Origin: Massalongia carnosa
Taxonomy: Eukaryota
Length of the DNA: 64,000 bases
Assembly (NCBI GenBank): GCA_965645245.1
Contig: OZ287069.1
Location: 1,798,001 to 1,862,000, forward strand
Reading direction: 5' to 3'
In this document: piece by piece, positions 25,332 through 38,406 of the stretch
How positions within the stretch are numbered: the first letter of the stretch is position 1
Layout: the number at the start of each line of letters is the position of its first letter
Program-made: the position numbers and the translations under genes
The notes under the pieces: generated by a model
Seen by the model: only the letters and a program-made list of their open reading frames with translations
Database searches by the model: none
What the model was told of the DNA's origin: nothing

Positions 25332-26174
25332 ATGCCAAGAACAATCTGGGAGCAAAACGACTCTCGCTGGAAAGACGACCCCCGATGGAACAACCCCTCC
25401 TACCTCCGCGGCTGTGCCGAAGAAGCCCACTATGAGTCCCAACGCAAAGCCTTCCACATTCCGCTCTACATCCACCCCGTCTCCACTGAGGGCGAATATC
25501 AGCTCGACTTCCGCGACTCGCAGAACCGGAACGCCTCTCGGCGACTCTCGGCGCTTAAGCCCGACGACTACCGCGCTTTCTGCTGGAAGGACTGCGCCAT
25601 CTACGGCAATGCTGGCTTGACGGGTGCAGATGCCTTTGCGTTGCTGGACGAGGTCTACCGGGAATGGTTCCCGCATCGGGCCGACGACAAGGATGTGTCG
25701 GACGGGAGTTTCTTTGGGAAGTTTATGCAGTTTACGCTGTCCGTGGCGAGGGGGTTGGAGCGGATTCTGCGCTTTCATCGCGTGCTTGGTGAGAAGTTGC
25801 GCGGTTTGGAGGACGTTGGGGATCGGGAGCTTTCGTGGCCGTGTGAAGCTAGGCCCAGGGAGACACGACGCGTGGGAGCGTATAAGCTGAGAGAAACTTT
25901 TTTGATTGTTTTCATTGTGGTTGAGGCGGGGTGGCAAGCGCACGGTGTACTGCTCGTGTGGGAGAACGAGGATGTTGCGAAGAGATTCAATTGTATGGAA
26001 GATGGAGCAATAAAGGGAGAGAACTGCGGCGATGCCGGTGACTTGGGCGAAGCATGTGTCTTCCGTTGCCCACTCAAGCGCGCGATGCAGATTGTTGTCT
26101 CGCAGGACCCGGAGAGGGCACGGAATCGGACAGAATACAACGAGATATTGGAGGAGACTCTCGGTGGGGAATAA
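25332..26174 (+). CDS. Hypothetical (orphan) protein, 280 aa, intronless
   Basis: Uninterrupted ORF from ATG 25332 with gene-like C/G-rich third positions and a plausible globular composition. No family recognised. Confidence 0.6.
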   Translation: MPRTIWEQNDSRWKDDPRWNNPSYLRGCAEEAHYESQRKAFHIPLYIHPVSTEGEYQLDFRDSQNRNASRRLSALKPDDYRAFCWKDCAIYGNAGLTGADAFALLDEVYREWFPHRADDKDVSDGSFFGKFMQFTLSVARGLERILRFHRVLGEKLRGLEDVGDRELSWPCEARPRETRRVGAYKLRETFLIVFIVVEAGWQAHGVLLVWENEDVAKRFNCMEDGAIKGENCGDAGDLGEACVFRCPLKRAMQIVVSQDPERARNRTEYNEILEETLGGE

Positions 26175-26659
26175 AAGAAAATAGCCCCAGCCACGACGCC
26201 GAATAAATTTCAAGTATCTGGCGTAGATTTCGAGGATATTTGTTCATTTACGAAGGACGCTTTGATTTATGTGCTGAAGTGGATTATTTATATATCCTGA
26301 AGACAGTGAAAGAGAAGAAGATTATGACTCTCGCGCATTTGATTGTTTCGCGACTTTTGGGGGGGACGGAACGATCATGCGTCAAAGTGAGGATTGGATT
26401 GATAGTCTATCTAGAATAGGAACATATGAAACTTTCGCATTATGGAGCCTCGTGCTTGATACTGAAAGCTAGAATATGAGTTGCATTTGTACCGGCAAAA
26501 CCCCCTGAGAAGCTTGCGTAGAAGGAGAACAGAAAGAACGGCCGAGAGCATTTATCCAAAAATAGCTTGTGCTCTCTAAGTGAAAATGCTAGCCGACGTG
26601 AAGTGGATAGGATAGAAAGGTAGGTCGCCATTTTGAGACTAGAGGAATGGGCTTCTCGG

Positions 26660-27465
26660 ATACCGTTGTCAACCATGGCGGTTTCACCTCTTCCAGTCGT
26701 CTCTGCCAGCTCAACCAACAATAGCCGGGGCTTGGTGAGCGCTTACGACTTCTCGTACGGGGCAGCGTGTTCAAAGTCAAGGAGCTGAGCAAGTTTCTTC
26801 GACCGATCAACTATGATATTGTGCCGGTTAACATTTCCGTGAATCTTGCCTATGCAATGCAATGTGCGAAGAGCCTTTTTCGCATGTAGGTCATCAGTTG
26901 ACATAAATTCTCCTTCCAATCTCTCTAGTAGCATGCCGATTACTCAACCATTCTCACCCACATGGGCCAAGAAAGTTAGGGCGAGCGCAGAGACCCCGGC
27001 CTCTTGATCCCGACTAATTCTGGAATACGTAAGAGTCTCGCGCTCAATGCGAGAATATCCCACCCGAAACGTATAATTTCGAAGTTGCTAGGCGAACGTT
27101 ATAGAGCACTTCATGGACACCTAATCGGTGACGTTTTGTATTTTCCAGGATAGTAAACCCACAGTATTGTGATGCCACGTCGTCGTCGTCATCGCTGGAA
27201 GAGTCCCACAAGATACTTGATCCCAGCGAACCATCGGCCTTGCGGTAGACTTTCATCTTCATCCGTTCACCTTTAGGGAAAGGGGGTAACTCTAGTAGTA
27301 GAAGATATAGATGACACATTGTATCTTCGGCGAAGACGTGTTGTAACTGTCAAATACTGAACCCTTTGTTGGGTGCGTATATCGTAAGAGCCCGTCTTCT
27401 GATCTATTAATCGCGACAGTACCTCGAGATCCAATTTATTTTTTCGTACTGGAAAAGCCCATCAT
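26660..27465 (-). pseudogene. Decayed fungal protein-kinase-like gene (family often mis-annotated 'alpha-galactosidase A')
   Basis: Fragments in different frames: DLEVLSRLIDQKTGSYDIRTQQRVQYLTV / VFAEDTMCHLYLLLLELPPFP / LAHVGENG*VIGMLLERLEG / LHCIGKIHGNVNRHNIIV...LLDFEHA / ELAETTGRG. Contains stops and frameshifts, and HGD is changed to HGN. Confidence 0.7.
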
Positions 27466-27849
27466 AGCCTACCTATTTTCTTCTCTTACTCGATATCCAG
27501 GATCTAATGGGTAGGGAGAAGAAAGTCAGGGTCGTGAGACGGATTGTTAGAGATCTATCATGGCAGACGATGGCAAGAAACAGGTCCAACATAGCGTTTT
27601 ATGCCACCTTTTTCTCTACGTCTTTTCTGTGAGGGCTGCGTTGGAGCTGTCTGCCGATCCCTCGACTGAGCATGGAAATATCCATTTTTAGATTGGAGGA
27701 GTGCATTGCCCTCATAGCTATGCACATGGATATGGTTCAATGAAAGACGGCATGGACCAAATAGTTAGCATTCTTAATCTACAACCAAAATCAACCTCGC
27801 TGCTTCGCATAATGGTGTGGCAGCCCTTTAGTTATCAATCATTCAGCAA

Positions 27850-28870
27850 GACTAGATAGATACCTCGCTCCCTTGCACTCCATGATATGTTGCAGGAATT
27901 CGGACTTTGATCTCGCTCGACGTTTTCTAGCCACAAGGGCTGTTACCCGGTTGGAGCCTCAGTAAGTAGCTGCGTATCGCTGTCCAATCTTCTAGTCCGG
28001 TATTAATCTCAAAAATAATTCGACATCCAGAACACCAGGGTCCGGTTTCGGGCGCGGCGTTCGGCCGCAGTGGCGGGAAAGTGATAGACGCCATGTCACA
28101 AAAAGCATCGTTTCAGGTGTTGGTGGATGAATAATTGAGACCTGGCTTCTGACGTTGAATCTGGGAGCCATCGGGTGACGAGCATCTGGCGAACTGTAAG
28201 TTTTCCACCGTTCTTTGAGATAAAAACGCTTTTCAGAAATTTTTCGGATCCATGAATAGATATGCCTAGCGCTCTTGCTTACTTCAGGCTGACGAGTTTA
28301 ACTCGCTTCCGACACGTATTGGTATAGCCCACTGAATAGGTCCCTGGAATATTGAACATGGTCGGTATTCGAGTAAGGTCCTTCGGAGAAACACCAAAGC
28401 AAATTCCCGTCATCCGAATTATTAAAACCTGCAGAGACGGATCTCTACGAAGACACTCACAACAGCACCACTCGCAGATCGGGAGAAACTGGAAAGACGC
28501 GTATTCTTTGCAGGATACGCACTTATCGGAGAGCAACGCTGTATGAATCGAGGCAGGAGAGTGTAAAGTAATAATTTCGTCTGGCTTAGCGTAATCAACG
28601 TTGTAGATGCATGTTCTATTAATTCTCGGGATTTCGGCAGCGACTCCACTATCAACTTTCCTCGATGACACGCTTGCTCAAAACGTGACAGACTCTGAAA
28701 GTCCAGTGGGTGAAGAATGAAATGCAGAAGCTTAGCTGGCGAGGTGTCCCGAAGCTAAGTAGAACAAGTTGAGGAATGAGGCTTGGCCATCTAATCAAAG
28801 ATCTCATCGAAAGCAGAAGCTCAGCTTAAGATAAACGTGAAATCAGTCTTCGCAAAGCTATTTCTCCGCT
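27850..28870 (-). pseudogene. Decayed F-box domain gene with Cys-rich region
   Basis: An F-box-like segment PAKLLHFILHPLDFQSLSRF...IVESLPKSRELIEHAS frameshifts into LHSPASIHTALLSDKCVSC...FLPICEWCCCECL...IPTMFNIPGTY, followed by a premature stop. Ends are approximate. Confidence 0.7.
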
Positions 28871-29099
28871 CAACAAAATACTACAGGAGAATTCGCGAAA
28901 AAAAGAGAGGGGGAGGGGGGGAAACCATGTTTAGGGGACTATGGTTTCTGCAAAAAAATTCTTCCTTAGAGATGGATTTGAAGATTTGGAAGAGTTGGTT
29001 ATTTGAGTTATGGTGGTGGGTTTGGGTAAAGAGTAAGAGAGGGGAGGTGGATGAAATTTTAGCTTAGGCTGGAGGTTGGATTTGCAAAGGTGTAAGTCA

Positions 29100-31330
29100 T
29101 GATTGAACCTCGACTATAAAGGAAGATACAGAGAACGGAACGGTGAAAAAGGTTTTTTGAGGGGCATAATCACACAGATGAGAAAAGGAAAGATTGAGGC
29201 TGACGATAAAAATATGAGTTCTTGGGCTGGAGATCCAACACTTAAGTGAGGTTATGACACAAATAGTGAGGAAATCCGTATGATGTAGACTAAGGTTACG
29301 ATACTTCAAATGGCTTAGTAAAATTAATTCTACTCAGTATATTGAAGAGTCGTTCGAGAATATGACAGTAATAGCGGATTTTTCATCACGCACCTAGACA
29401 TGAACACAAGTGCCGATCAGCATATACTATGCCAGCTCTAGATATATCAAATATACATATAAAGGTCTCAGAATAAGAACAAATATTGACATCATGAATC
29501 ATCTGCAAAAGAATGGTCGATGACTTCAGGTGTCATCGCCTACCTTATTGTTGCAGAAGGAGTAGGTCTTTCAGAGGGTTGATGAAGTGTTTGATTCATC
29601 ATTGCAGATGTACGGGAGAGGAAAACTGGCTTGGGCACTTACATTCCGCTTGTGAACAACAAGTAACGAAAGGAATGAGGAAGGGATCTGTAGGCATGCT
29701 GCGGTTGTGCCTTTGCGGAAAGAAGTAGGGCTTCATAAAGAGTATTTGCGGGATAAAGCGGATGAAAAAGCTTCATCTAATAAATGTTATAAAATGCCTC
29801 TTTTGACTGACCAAAGTGTTGCTGCTCTGATAGGCGGTGATTGAGAGGCGAGTATACCAAGATTTGGGTGCTGTTTACTAAAGTGGACCCTTTTGCAAGG
29901 AGATGGAGAATCTCCTAATGAAAGATGATATCAATGCTGTAGCGATTGCTTTGTCATTTCGATGATGAAGAAATTAGTGTGGACATCAACCTATTCCAAT
30001 AATGGCTCATCAGTAAGAACAAAGGCTAAGAAGAGCAGTAACAAGTGTAAATGCAATTATCTCAGATTATGTGGGTGTGAAGATCACGAAGATATATAAA
30101 TGCAAGCTTTCAACAACACAAAAAGACTCATCAAAGACAATTTGGGGAATATAGGGCTAGAAGACGTACTTGAGTCTCCCAAATCTCCCGACCCTGTTGG
30201 TGCATTGAGCAGAGACGTAGAGAAGTTAGTCGTGCTCCGTTGAAGAAGACGAGCTGAATGAGCTAGGAGTGGGGCTTTGGTCTCAGAACATATAGTTTGA
30301 TCCTCAAGAAACATGCGTAAAGGCACAGTCTTCTAGAAATGCGAGTGAAGAACTTTTGGATCATCAAAGATATCCACAATGAACAAGTATTAGTAAACTT
30401 ATCCAAGCCGACCTTATTCAAAACTCAAACCCTAAATCTCTCTTTAGCAGTTAATCAAACAAGGTAGCGGATAACTAGGCATATAAGGAGCAATTAGCTT
30501 AGATTTAGTCATGCATGAATATAATATGACAATCGATAATACTTGTCTCAGGAAAAGTTGACTGAGTTTGATCTCATTAATACAGCTTAGGGCGTTTTCG
30601 AAGATTAAAACATATTTTTTAAACATCATAGACATATGGGGTATAGGGTCATATAAAAGACCTGGACTCACAAGAACATAAGACATCGTTTCGAGATACC
30701 AACTTCATCGAATTGGAAAAACCTCGAGTATTTTCCCATTAGAAATGAGGCTTAAGTCCGAAGGCGCTCGAGCAGGAAATTTTCTGATATAGCGGAGCTG
30801 CATCATAGTAGATACCAAAGAAGTATTGTAACTGAGAGTTCGATGGAAATGTGTGAAATATGAGTATGAGACGGCACAAGTCGAGGAAGGATGCCGGGTT
30901 GTCGAGAACACGTCCAAGCCTAATGATTGGTGCCAGGATACTGTACAATGTAATATTAACGATGCTTGTATGACTCACTCCGTATACAATAATAGGCAAT
31001 CAACAGGGTTCAGAACAGAGATTCTGTGACTTACTTGGACAACTTCTGTAAGCGCTGACTTTTATCATTCTTTTTACGGTGAAAGACAGGGAATACAGGG
31101 TGTATAATTCCTGTAGAGTACTTATTGTTCTAATGACTCATATTTCCAGCTTCATTATGTTCCTAGAGCATGAAGAAGTTAGCCCATAATTGGGAATCAA
31201 AGCAAACAGATAATCATAACATGTAAGGAAAGGGACTGTCAGAGTCTAATTGGTAGAATATCATGACTTGCAGTTGCAGTTTTTCAATGATTTTGATTTT
31301 CTGACATAGTTGTTCATCATGGAATAACCC
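29100..31330. other. AT-richer, ORF-poor degenerate DNA (possible gene or transposon relic)
   Basis: No ORF above 90 aa. One + frame across about 29700-30300 has only sparse stops. No recognisable domain. Confidence 0.3.
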
Positions 31331-31443
31331 TAGTGTCCGTATGAAGTCATGCATTATAGTAAGTTGTGTCTTACCCATAACAGAGAAGCCAGAGTATCGG
31401 GGATGATCGCCCTTTTTGAGTTGCGCAAACCGCCCACGAGGAA

Positions 31444-34400
31444 CTACAGTTGCTCGATACCAGTGATGATCTGGTCCAGCTGATCGTCTCTTGAATCCTC
31501 GATCAAGGATTGAAGCTTCCGAGAGCTAACAAGCATAAATCAGTACACTTCGATTCCTGCGGGTCTGAACATACAGATTCCGAACGCCATTCTGCTTTGC
31601 TTCCTCTTCCAACTCCTTTGACTTCACTGCGGCAAGCTGCAAGACTGAACCGGGTACATTTGCTAATCTTGCAACATTCAATCTACCCACAATCAGTAAA
31701 CTTACGCAAGAGAAGAAGAAGAAGCAGGTTACCCGTAAGATCTGTGAGCCACTCCACCTGCAACTTCGTATAGAAACGTAATATCTTGTTCGTTTTCACC
31801 ATCGGCTTCAAACCTCATGTGGACATTCTTCAGCTCATGATTTTCAAATCCTTTTGCAAGAGAGCTTAGATTTTGGTAGTGCGTAATGAACAGTGTCAAG
31901 CTTTTGATGTCTCGAACAACATGATCCAGTACGGCTTGTGCAATGGCGACTCCATCATGCGTCGAGGTTCCTCTTCCCAGTTCATCCAAGATAATCAATG
32001 ACCTTGAGGTCGCCTGCTTGAGGATATCTGACGTCTCGGAAAGCTCGACCATGAACGTTGACTCACCAGCCATCATATTATCAAAGGCACCCATTCGAGT
32101 AAAGACTCCATCAAGCATACCCAGCTTTGCAGACTTAGCAGGGACATATGATCCAATCTGACCCATGATGGCGATCAAAGCAACCTGTCGCACATAGCTA
32201 GATTTACCACCCATGTTAGGGCCTGTTATGAGCATAGCTCTAGTCTCGTCGGCATCGAGAAATGTATCGTTAGGAACATAAGCATCAAGGAGTAGCTGCT
32301 CGACCATGGGATGCCTTCCTTGTTCAACAGTGATGCACATCGAGTCCGAATACTCAGGCTTGACATAATCCGGTTGATTTGCCACCGTGGCAAGAGAGAG
32401 CAAACAATCCAAAACCGCAAGTGCTTGTACGCAGTCTCGGAATGACTGATATTTAGCTGATATGTCATTCAGCAATGCAGCAAAAGCTACATCGCAAGCA
32501 GCAGCTAGAGACTCCTTGTGCTGGTCGCGTTCGCGAATCAAACGGACGACTTCTGGTGTATGGAAGCGTGATACAGTTTTGGTGCCACTGATCTTCGCCC
32601 AAGAAGCTGGAACATGCTTGAGCTGGTTGTTTGATACTTCGACTAGATACTCAATCCCACTGACCACCACATATTCTACATTTTTCTTATGAATCTTGGC
32701 AGCAGCGGCTGCGCGGTGGACATCAAGGTCATGCTCCACACTTGCAATACCGAGCTTATGCTCAGTAATATCCTCGCTTTCCATTTCGTCTCGAAAGAAA
32801 GAGTACTTGTCATCTTCCTTGGCCGCCTGAAGGTTTATTTTGTCGAGGTAGGCCACCACATCTGCTCCAATTGTAGGTAAAGCAGCAATGGCAGCACTAA
32901 TGATAGTCGATTGGAACCCATAATCTTCAGGTGACTTGACATTGTCAAACTCATTAGTAACTCGCTGCAGTGATTGAAGAACCATTAACAGCTCTGGGCG
33001 CGTGCACTGTCAATAAAGTTAGCCGGTTCTAAACCACATCAGCAACAAAAAAGTACCTTTCCATAGTAGATTCTAATCAAGCTTCTCTCGAGATCAATTT
33101 TGATTTGAGATAGTACATGTTTAGCTTTGTCGACCTTGACGCTTCGTTCGCCATTCTTCAGTTCCTCAACGGCAGCGATCCGGTTCTCCAATTCCTCTTT
33201 TAGTAGCAATGGCCTGCCAACCCATTTGCGCAATAGTCGTTGGCCGAAGCGAGTTTGCGTACGATCCAAAGTCCAGAAAAGGCTGCCTTTCTGGGAGTGA
33301 TCTGTCTGATTCTGGTAGATCTCAAGGCTAGTCAAGCTAGTCCCATTAAGAATCATGTGAGATCTTGCGCTGAAAGATTGAAAGTATTTGGTTAGGTCGA
33401 AAACATGTTCTAATCCGTAATCAGACATATGAGTGATCATTGCTGAAAGACATACGATAACATCTTTGGTCATTTTCAGCACATTTTCCAGGAGCTTGCT
33501 AGCTTTGGCGTCGTCCACCGGATTTGATACCTTCATCTTCCCCGCGTAGAAATTTGAAACATGGCTATATGCCTCAGCCACCATTGTCTTCGGTCTCTCA
33601 ACTCTTTCCAACCTTACTTTGTCTCCAAAAACGTTGGTTTTGCTGCCCGAAAGGTGCTGAACTAGCTTGTCCGTTGCTTTCGACAACTTACCCACTATCA
33701 GAATCTCACAAGGAGCAACGTGAAGCAGCCTGGTCTCTATCTCACTCCTCATGAAACCATCCTCAAAGTCGTCGTAGATAACATCCCCAGTTGAAGGCTG
33801 TACTGCTACCATTCCAACGTTAACCTTCTCATCAGTTCCCCAGCCCTTGGCATTGCTCTCGGTAATACAAAAAAGGTAACCTGTCGCCGGTACACCACTA
33901 GAGGAACCTTCAGTAGGATCAATGCCTTCCACATCATCCACATATGTGCCTTTGGTATAGAGATTGGTGAGCTTTCGAGTGAATGGTGCGTTACGATTAT
34001 CGCCGGCTGCTTTGAGAGCCGCAGTCTCCAGCTGCCGTACGATACCCACTTTATGGCCGGCATTGACAAGTCGCTTTACATGGACCGGCAGTCTGTGAGT
34101 AGGAAAACTTGCTGAAGCAAATGAATCCAGATGAGCCTCCGATACGTGCTCATCGTATCTGAACTTGCCCGGTATACACACAATGCTTAGCTCTTTAGCT
34201 GCGACTCTGGCGTCCTCCCCGAAAAATTTGAATTTGTAGCCGACCTCCACAACCAGTATCGTATCCATGTTGTCCCTTTTAATAGCCAAGAACTGCTTCA
34301 CCATGGGGGTCAGTTTGCTACGGCTTTTCTTAGCAGCAACGCCTTTTGACTTAGTCGGTGCTTTAGCAGTCGACTCCTCTTCAATATCCTTGGCATCTTC

Positions 34401-35042
34401 TTGATCTATTTGTAGGTCAGGAAGCTCCTCAATGTTCTGCCAATTGCGTCTCTTGATCTCGGCAATGCTGTCAGGGCGGCCAAGTTTCTTGACAAACTTT
34501 TCATGTAATACTCGTTTGCGTTTTTGAGTATCTTCATCAAGAAGAGCGTTCTCATCCTCAGGATTTAGAGATCTAGAGAAAGTATACCTTGATGTATGAC
34601 TACCACCTTTATGCGTTTTTAATTCAGTTGATGTAACTGAGCTCAGTTTTTGATTTATGGGTTCACCATTTCCACTGGCAGCAACATCCTCAGTAACCTG
34701 ATCTAAATTCAACGTTCGAAGTCTTTTGCGAGGTGGTACGCATGCATGAGAATTGGCATTATCCTGGCTATCGTCATTCTCTTCATCTTCCAAACCTCGC
34801 TTTGGAGTTATAGATCGCTGCCCGGAGACAGCAATATTCTTTTCATCGTCCGATGTGATGAACAAAGCCTCATCTTTGAATGATTGGCTTCTCTCACTGA
34901 GTATCGATGCATACGAGGAACTTGGCAGTAAGGTAGCAGGCGGCTTTGATGATACAGCGTTTTTGGTAAAGAAGTTTGAGATTGATTGCTGTTTCTTTTT
35001 GGCTGAGGTCCCCACTTGCGAAGATCGTTGGGGTAGCACCAT
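31444..35042 (-). CDS. MSH3: DNA mismatch repair protein MSH3 (MutS-beta), 4 exons
   Basis: PIP-box-like QQSISNFF and domain [15 protein letters not shown], which has the MSH3-type GYK signature. Also [28 protein letters not shown] and SYG/LNVARLA. Exons 35042-33057, 33006-31733, 31682-31575 and a last exon ending at TAG 31444. Confidence 0.96.
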
Positions 35043-35148
35043 GATCTATATACATTGACATTGAAGTTTGTACCGAGACCTGCCAAATGCACGCTGCGTT
35101 GAAGGAACGTGAATTTTAAAGAAGAGGAGTGATTTTTAAAATGCGTGT

Positions 35149-35187
35149 CTCGCGTGGAGAGAGAAAGTAAATTACAGCAAAACGCGT
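35149..35187. promoter_or_regulatory. MCB-like elements upstream of MSH3
   Basis: Perfect ACGCGT at 35182-35187 and TCGCGT at about 35150, 110-145 bp upstream of the MSH3 ATG. Confidence 0.5.
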
Positions 35188-35608
35188 TTGGTTAAAATAC
35201 TTGTAAGGAATTAGGGCAAACCTAGCACTCGTCAGAGTAAGGGCGTTAGCAACCACGGATTAATTTATTTCATCGCTACAAGCAGATAACTGGAGATGAA
35301 GCGCCGGATAGCTAAACTTTGAATCTAAAATCTGGCATCGTCCCCATATTCCCTAGTACAACCATCGAACCGTGATATATAACCAATGCAAACCTAGCTT
35401 AAGGATACAGCACTTGCAAGCGAAACCTAGGATAAGACTACCTGGGTATTAAACTCGAACAATTGACAGCGTCAAGGCCATTCATGGCCACCGCTCTATA
35501 ACGATAGATTGGTGCTACAGAAGTCCGGAGCAGCACAAACCCCACTCTCATTACAGCATGCAATAGGAAGTGCGCTCCTATTTCAACAGCTCTTCAGAGA
35601 CCCGAAAT

Positions 35609-37537
35609 TCAAGAGCTGAACTTTTTCCGTCTGGGCGGCTCGCTGGCACCAGACGCAGTAATAGGAGATTTGTGGTTACCCTGGCGTTGAAGAAGATGGC
35701 TGTGTTGAAATTGGGCGCTGGGATTCAAAGGATTGAGAGAAGATCCGAATAAAGTAGGATCCACTAAACCTCCAAACTCCATCTGCGGGGGTAAAAAATC
35801 AAAGAACTGCGGCGGATGAGCTTCACTGACTGAAAAGTATCGCTGCGTGCTTCGCTCGGGCATAGGTTGTACCGTTTCATCATCTAGTCGGGCTTGATGC
35901 TCGAAGCTTGGATGAAGGTTTTCTTTGTCGAATGTAGAAACCTGGTTCGAGATCCTTGACGGGCGACTTAGCCGGCCACTTGGCTCCCGGGGTGTTGATG
36001 ATGATCTACCATAGCCCACATAGGGCGATGGACAGGGTTGGGAAGTAACAAATGGTAAACCAAGGCTGTAGGAGGGTAGACCATGTGCACTGGCAATACT
36101 CGAGTCGTGATGCAAACTTGGCAGGAACGGGTAATTGGCAGCCTTGCTGTTGCATTTGGGTACATGTGTACTCGGCTTGCGCTGCTGCTCTATCTCATCA
36201 TCGAAGATAACAAAATCACGGCTTCGTTTAAGGCCAAAATCCCCCGTATTCAGCCTCCACTCAAGGTCAGCTTCATCAACAATGCTGAGTCTTGAATTTG
36301 TCTCTCCTAACTCGGAAAACATTTGCAAGCCTTGCATGGCAGCTCCTCGATTGGATAGGTCGCCCATTTCGCCTTCGTTTGACGGCGCGCTTCGAGTAAG
36401 CGGTTTTCGAGCCCTTGGCCGCTTGGCTATTGTCGGCTCGTTAGTACTGAGGCTACTTAACACAGGTCTGTCGGGTACAGGCCGCCGACGCTTGGGTTTT
36501 GGGGTCAACTCCTTAATTGGGCTACTCTCCACCATTCCTGTGATAAGGCGCTCTTTTTTTAATCCTCCCTCAGGCCAATAAATACGCTCCAAAGGCTCCA
36601 CCTCTGTCGAATTGAGTTCTATCTGCGCCATGATCGCGATGTCTTTTTTCTGATTACGCTTTCGCTGCGCTTCTGGGCAGGCTGAATCGAAAATGTCCAT
36701 CCCAGGCCATTGAACACCTTTCAAGACCGGTGATTGGGTTGGGCCTGCTTCATCGAAAATTGGCAAAATTTCATCTAAATCGGCCTTTCCTAATATGACT
36801 GGAGAAGTGTGGCTGATACCAGGATAGGAGTGGCTAGGTGGATTGGTTTGTGCGAGGCTTGAGTGTATACAAGGATCCGGGTAAGCCATGTGGGCCGGTT
36901 TTTGAGACGACGCTTCTTCATACTCACTATCACTTTCCGCGTTTATATCGAGTTTTTCTCTTGAGGAACGGGTTCCGACTTGCAGACTGACATCCGAGGA
37001 AACGGTCAGAGGTGGGCTAGCAGTTTGGTGCCGTCTCATCCTGGGCACGTACGCTCGATGCCTGGAGGCAATTTCAACTGCTTGGGAATCGCAAATCGGT
37101 GATGGCAGCCTCGGGGCGGATGAAGCAATACCAGGTGGTTGGACCTGAGTGAGCCGTGGATCGATGACTTCTTCCGCCTTTACATCCGTTGGAGGATCCT
37201 CTGCAGTAATTCGACCCCTCACAAAGGTCCTTGACGAGTTTTTCGAAGCCGTCGAAGCCGTGGTGATCTTACGGGGCATCCGGGGTTTGATTTGGATATC
37301 TTTAGATTCCTTGAGTACCATTCGTTGAGACAACAGCTTCTCGATCTGATGTTGAGCATACCACCGATCATATATGTCCAGTTGCAGGCGGACTGCAGGC
37401 TCTTGGCGGCTGCGGACTTGAGCTTTGAAGTAATGCGAGAGGTGGCCCTTGGAACCAACGTGTGTCAATAGATGGGATATATCGCTAAATTCTGGACGCT
37501 TAGGGCAGATATTGCAAAAGAGCGGGACAGAAGCCAT
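35609..37537 (-). CDS. Hypothetical protein with N-terminal C2H2-like zinc finger, 642 aa
   Basis: PLFCNICPKRPEFSDISHLLTHVGSKGHLSHYFK (CxxC...H...H) and an internal conserved-looking block LKGVQWPGMDIFDSA...RKRNQKK. The rest is low-complexity. Confidence 0.8.
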   Translation of the reverse strand: MASVPLFCNICPKRPEFSDISHLLTHVGSKGHLSHYFKAQVRSRQEPAVRLQLDIYDRWYAQHQIEKLLSQRMVLKESKDIQIKPRMPRKITTASTASKNSSRTFVRGRITAEDPPTDVKAEEVIDPRLTQVQPPGIASSAPRLPSPICDSQAVEIASRHRAYVPRMRRHQTASPPLTVSSDVSLQVGTRSSREKLDINAESDSEYEEASSQKPAHMAYPDPCIHSSLAQTNPPSHSYPGISHTSPVILGKADLDEILPIFDEAGPTQSPVLKGVQWPGMDIFDSACPEAQRKRNQKKDIAIMAQIELNSTEVEPLERIYWPEGGLKKERLITGMVESSPIKELTPKPKRRRPVPDRPVLSSLSTNEPTIAKRPRARKPLTRSAPSNEGEMGDLSNRGAAMQGLQMFSELGETNSRLSIVDEADLEWRLNTGDFGLKRSRDFVIFDDEIEQQRKPSTHVPKCNSKAANYPFLPSLHHDSSIASAHGLPSYSLGLPFVTSQPCPSPYVGYGRSSSTPREPSGRLSRPSRISNQVSTFDKENLHPSFEHQARLDDETVQPMPERSTQRYFSVSEAHPPQFFDFLPPQMEFGGLVDPTLFGSSLNPLNPSAQFQHSHLLQRQGNHKSPITASGASEPPRRKKFSS

Positions 37538-38406
37538 TGTTGTATGCCCTCTGACGGCAGTGAGTTGGTCCCAAGGAAGTTATGATGAAGGTACTGCCAA
37601 TGCTTCTTGCTCTGGCGTGAACCGAGTGAAGTGCTCTTCCCCGCTCTATAGCTACGAGTTGGAAGTGATAGTCAGAACGAGGAGCGGAATGAAAGCTAAA
37701 AGGTAGCAACTGCAAGATGGTGGTGAAGAAGCCAAGTAAAGCTTTCACCATTGCCTGAGTACAAGTACTAGCCTAGGTACCTTAGCATTAAGATAGTAGG
37801 CAACGGAGGAAGGGACGCTTGCGGATTGAGTATATGGAAAGAGCAATGAGGGTAAATGACGAGCTTCTTGAACCTCCGAATCGACAATACCGATAGTACC
37901 TACAGGATACCTGGATACTTACAATATCTTGCCCTATTACTTAATCTGTCCATCGGCTGAATCAGATATAAAACAGTTGAGATCGATCCTGTTTCTGTGG
38001 GCAGAACAGTCGGACGTACCAATAACCCTAACGCAAATCAAACCCTCTCTCGCCGCTTCATAAATACTCTCCTAAATACACTCATGTTCGTAGACGGAAA
38101 ATACGAGTTATATTTTGACTCTTCCGTTGCCATATAAAAGGACACAGAACCTTCTTAGGTGAGCGAGAAGGGAGATTTTACAATTCGAAATCCATTGCAG
38201 ACTTGTCCATTGCTGCCATAATCATCCGTACTAAGGGAAGCGTGGAAGAAACATAGAGGCGAACAAGCATACAATCTTCTCTTGCCGTGTATCCCAACTT
38301 CAACAGAGGAAATTGTGAAGAGAGTTATTAGATGACAAGAGGCATAGAGCTTAACAGACACAGCCAAGACTAGTGGGGGCTCTCGAGGCTCCTTGGAGAT
38401 TTCGCT

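Noticed and set aside
25263..26213. 316-aa antisense ORF
   Set aside because: Most simply a shadow of the GC-biased + strand gene. It has a non-protein-like composition and no motif.
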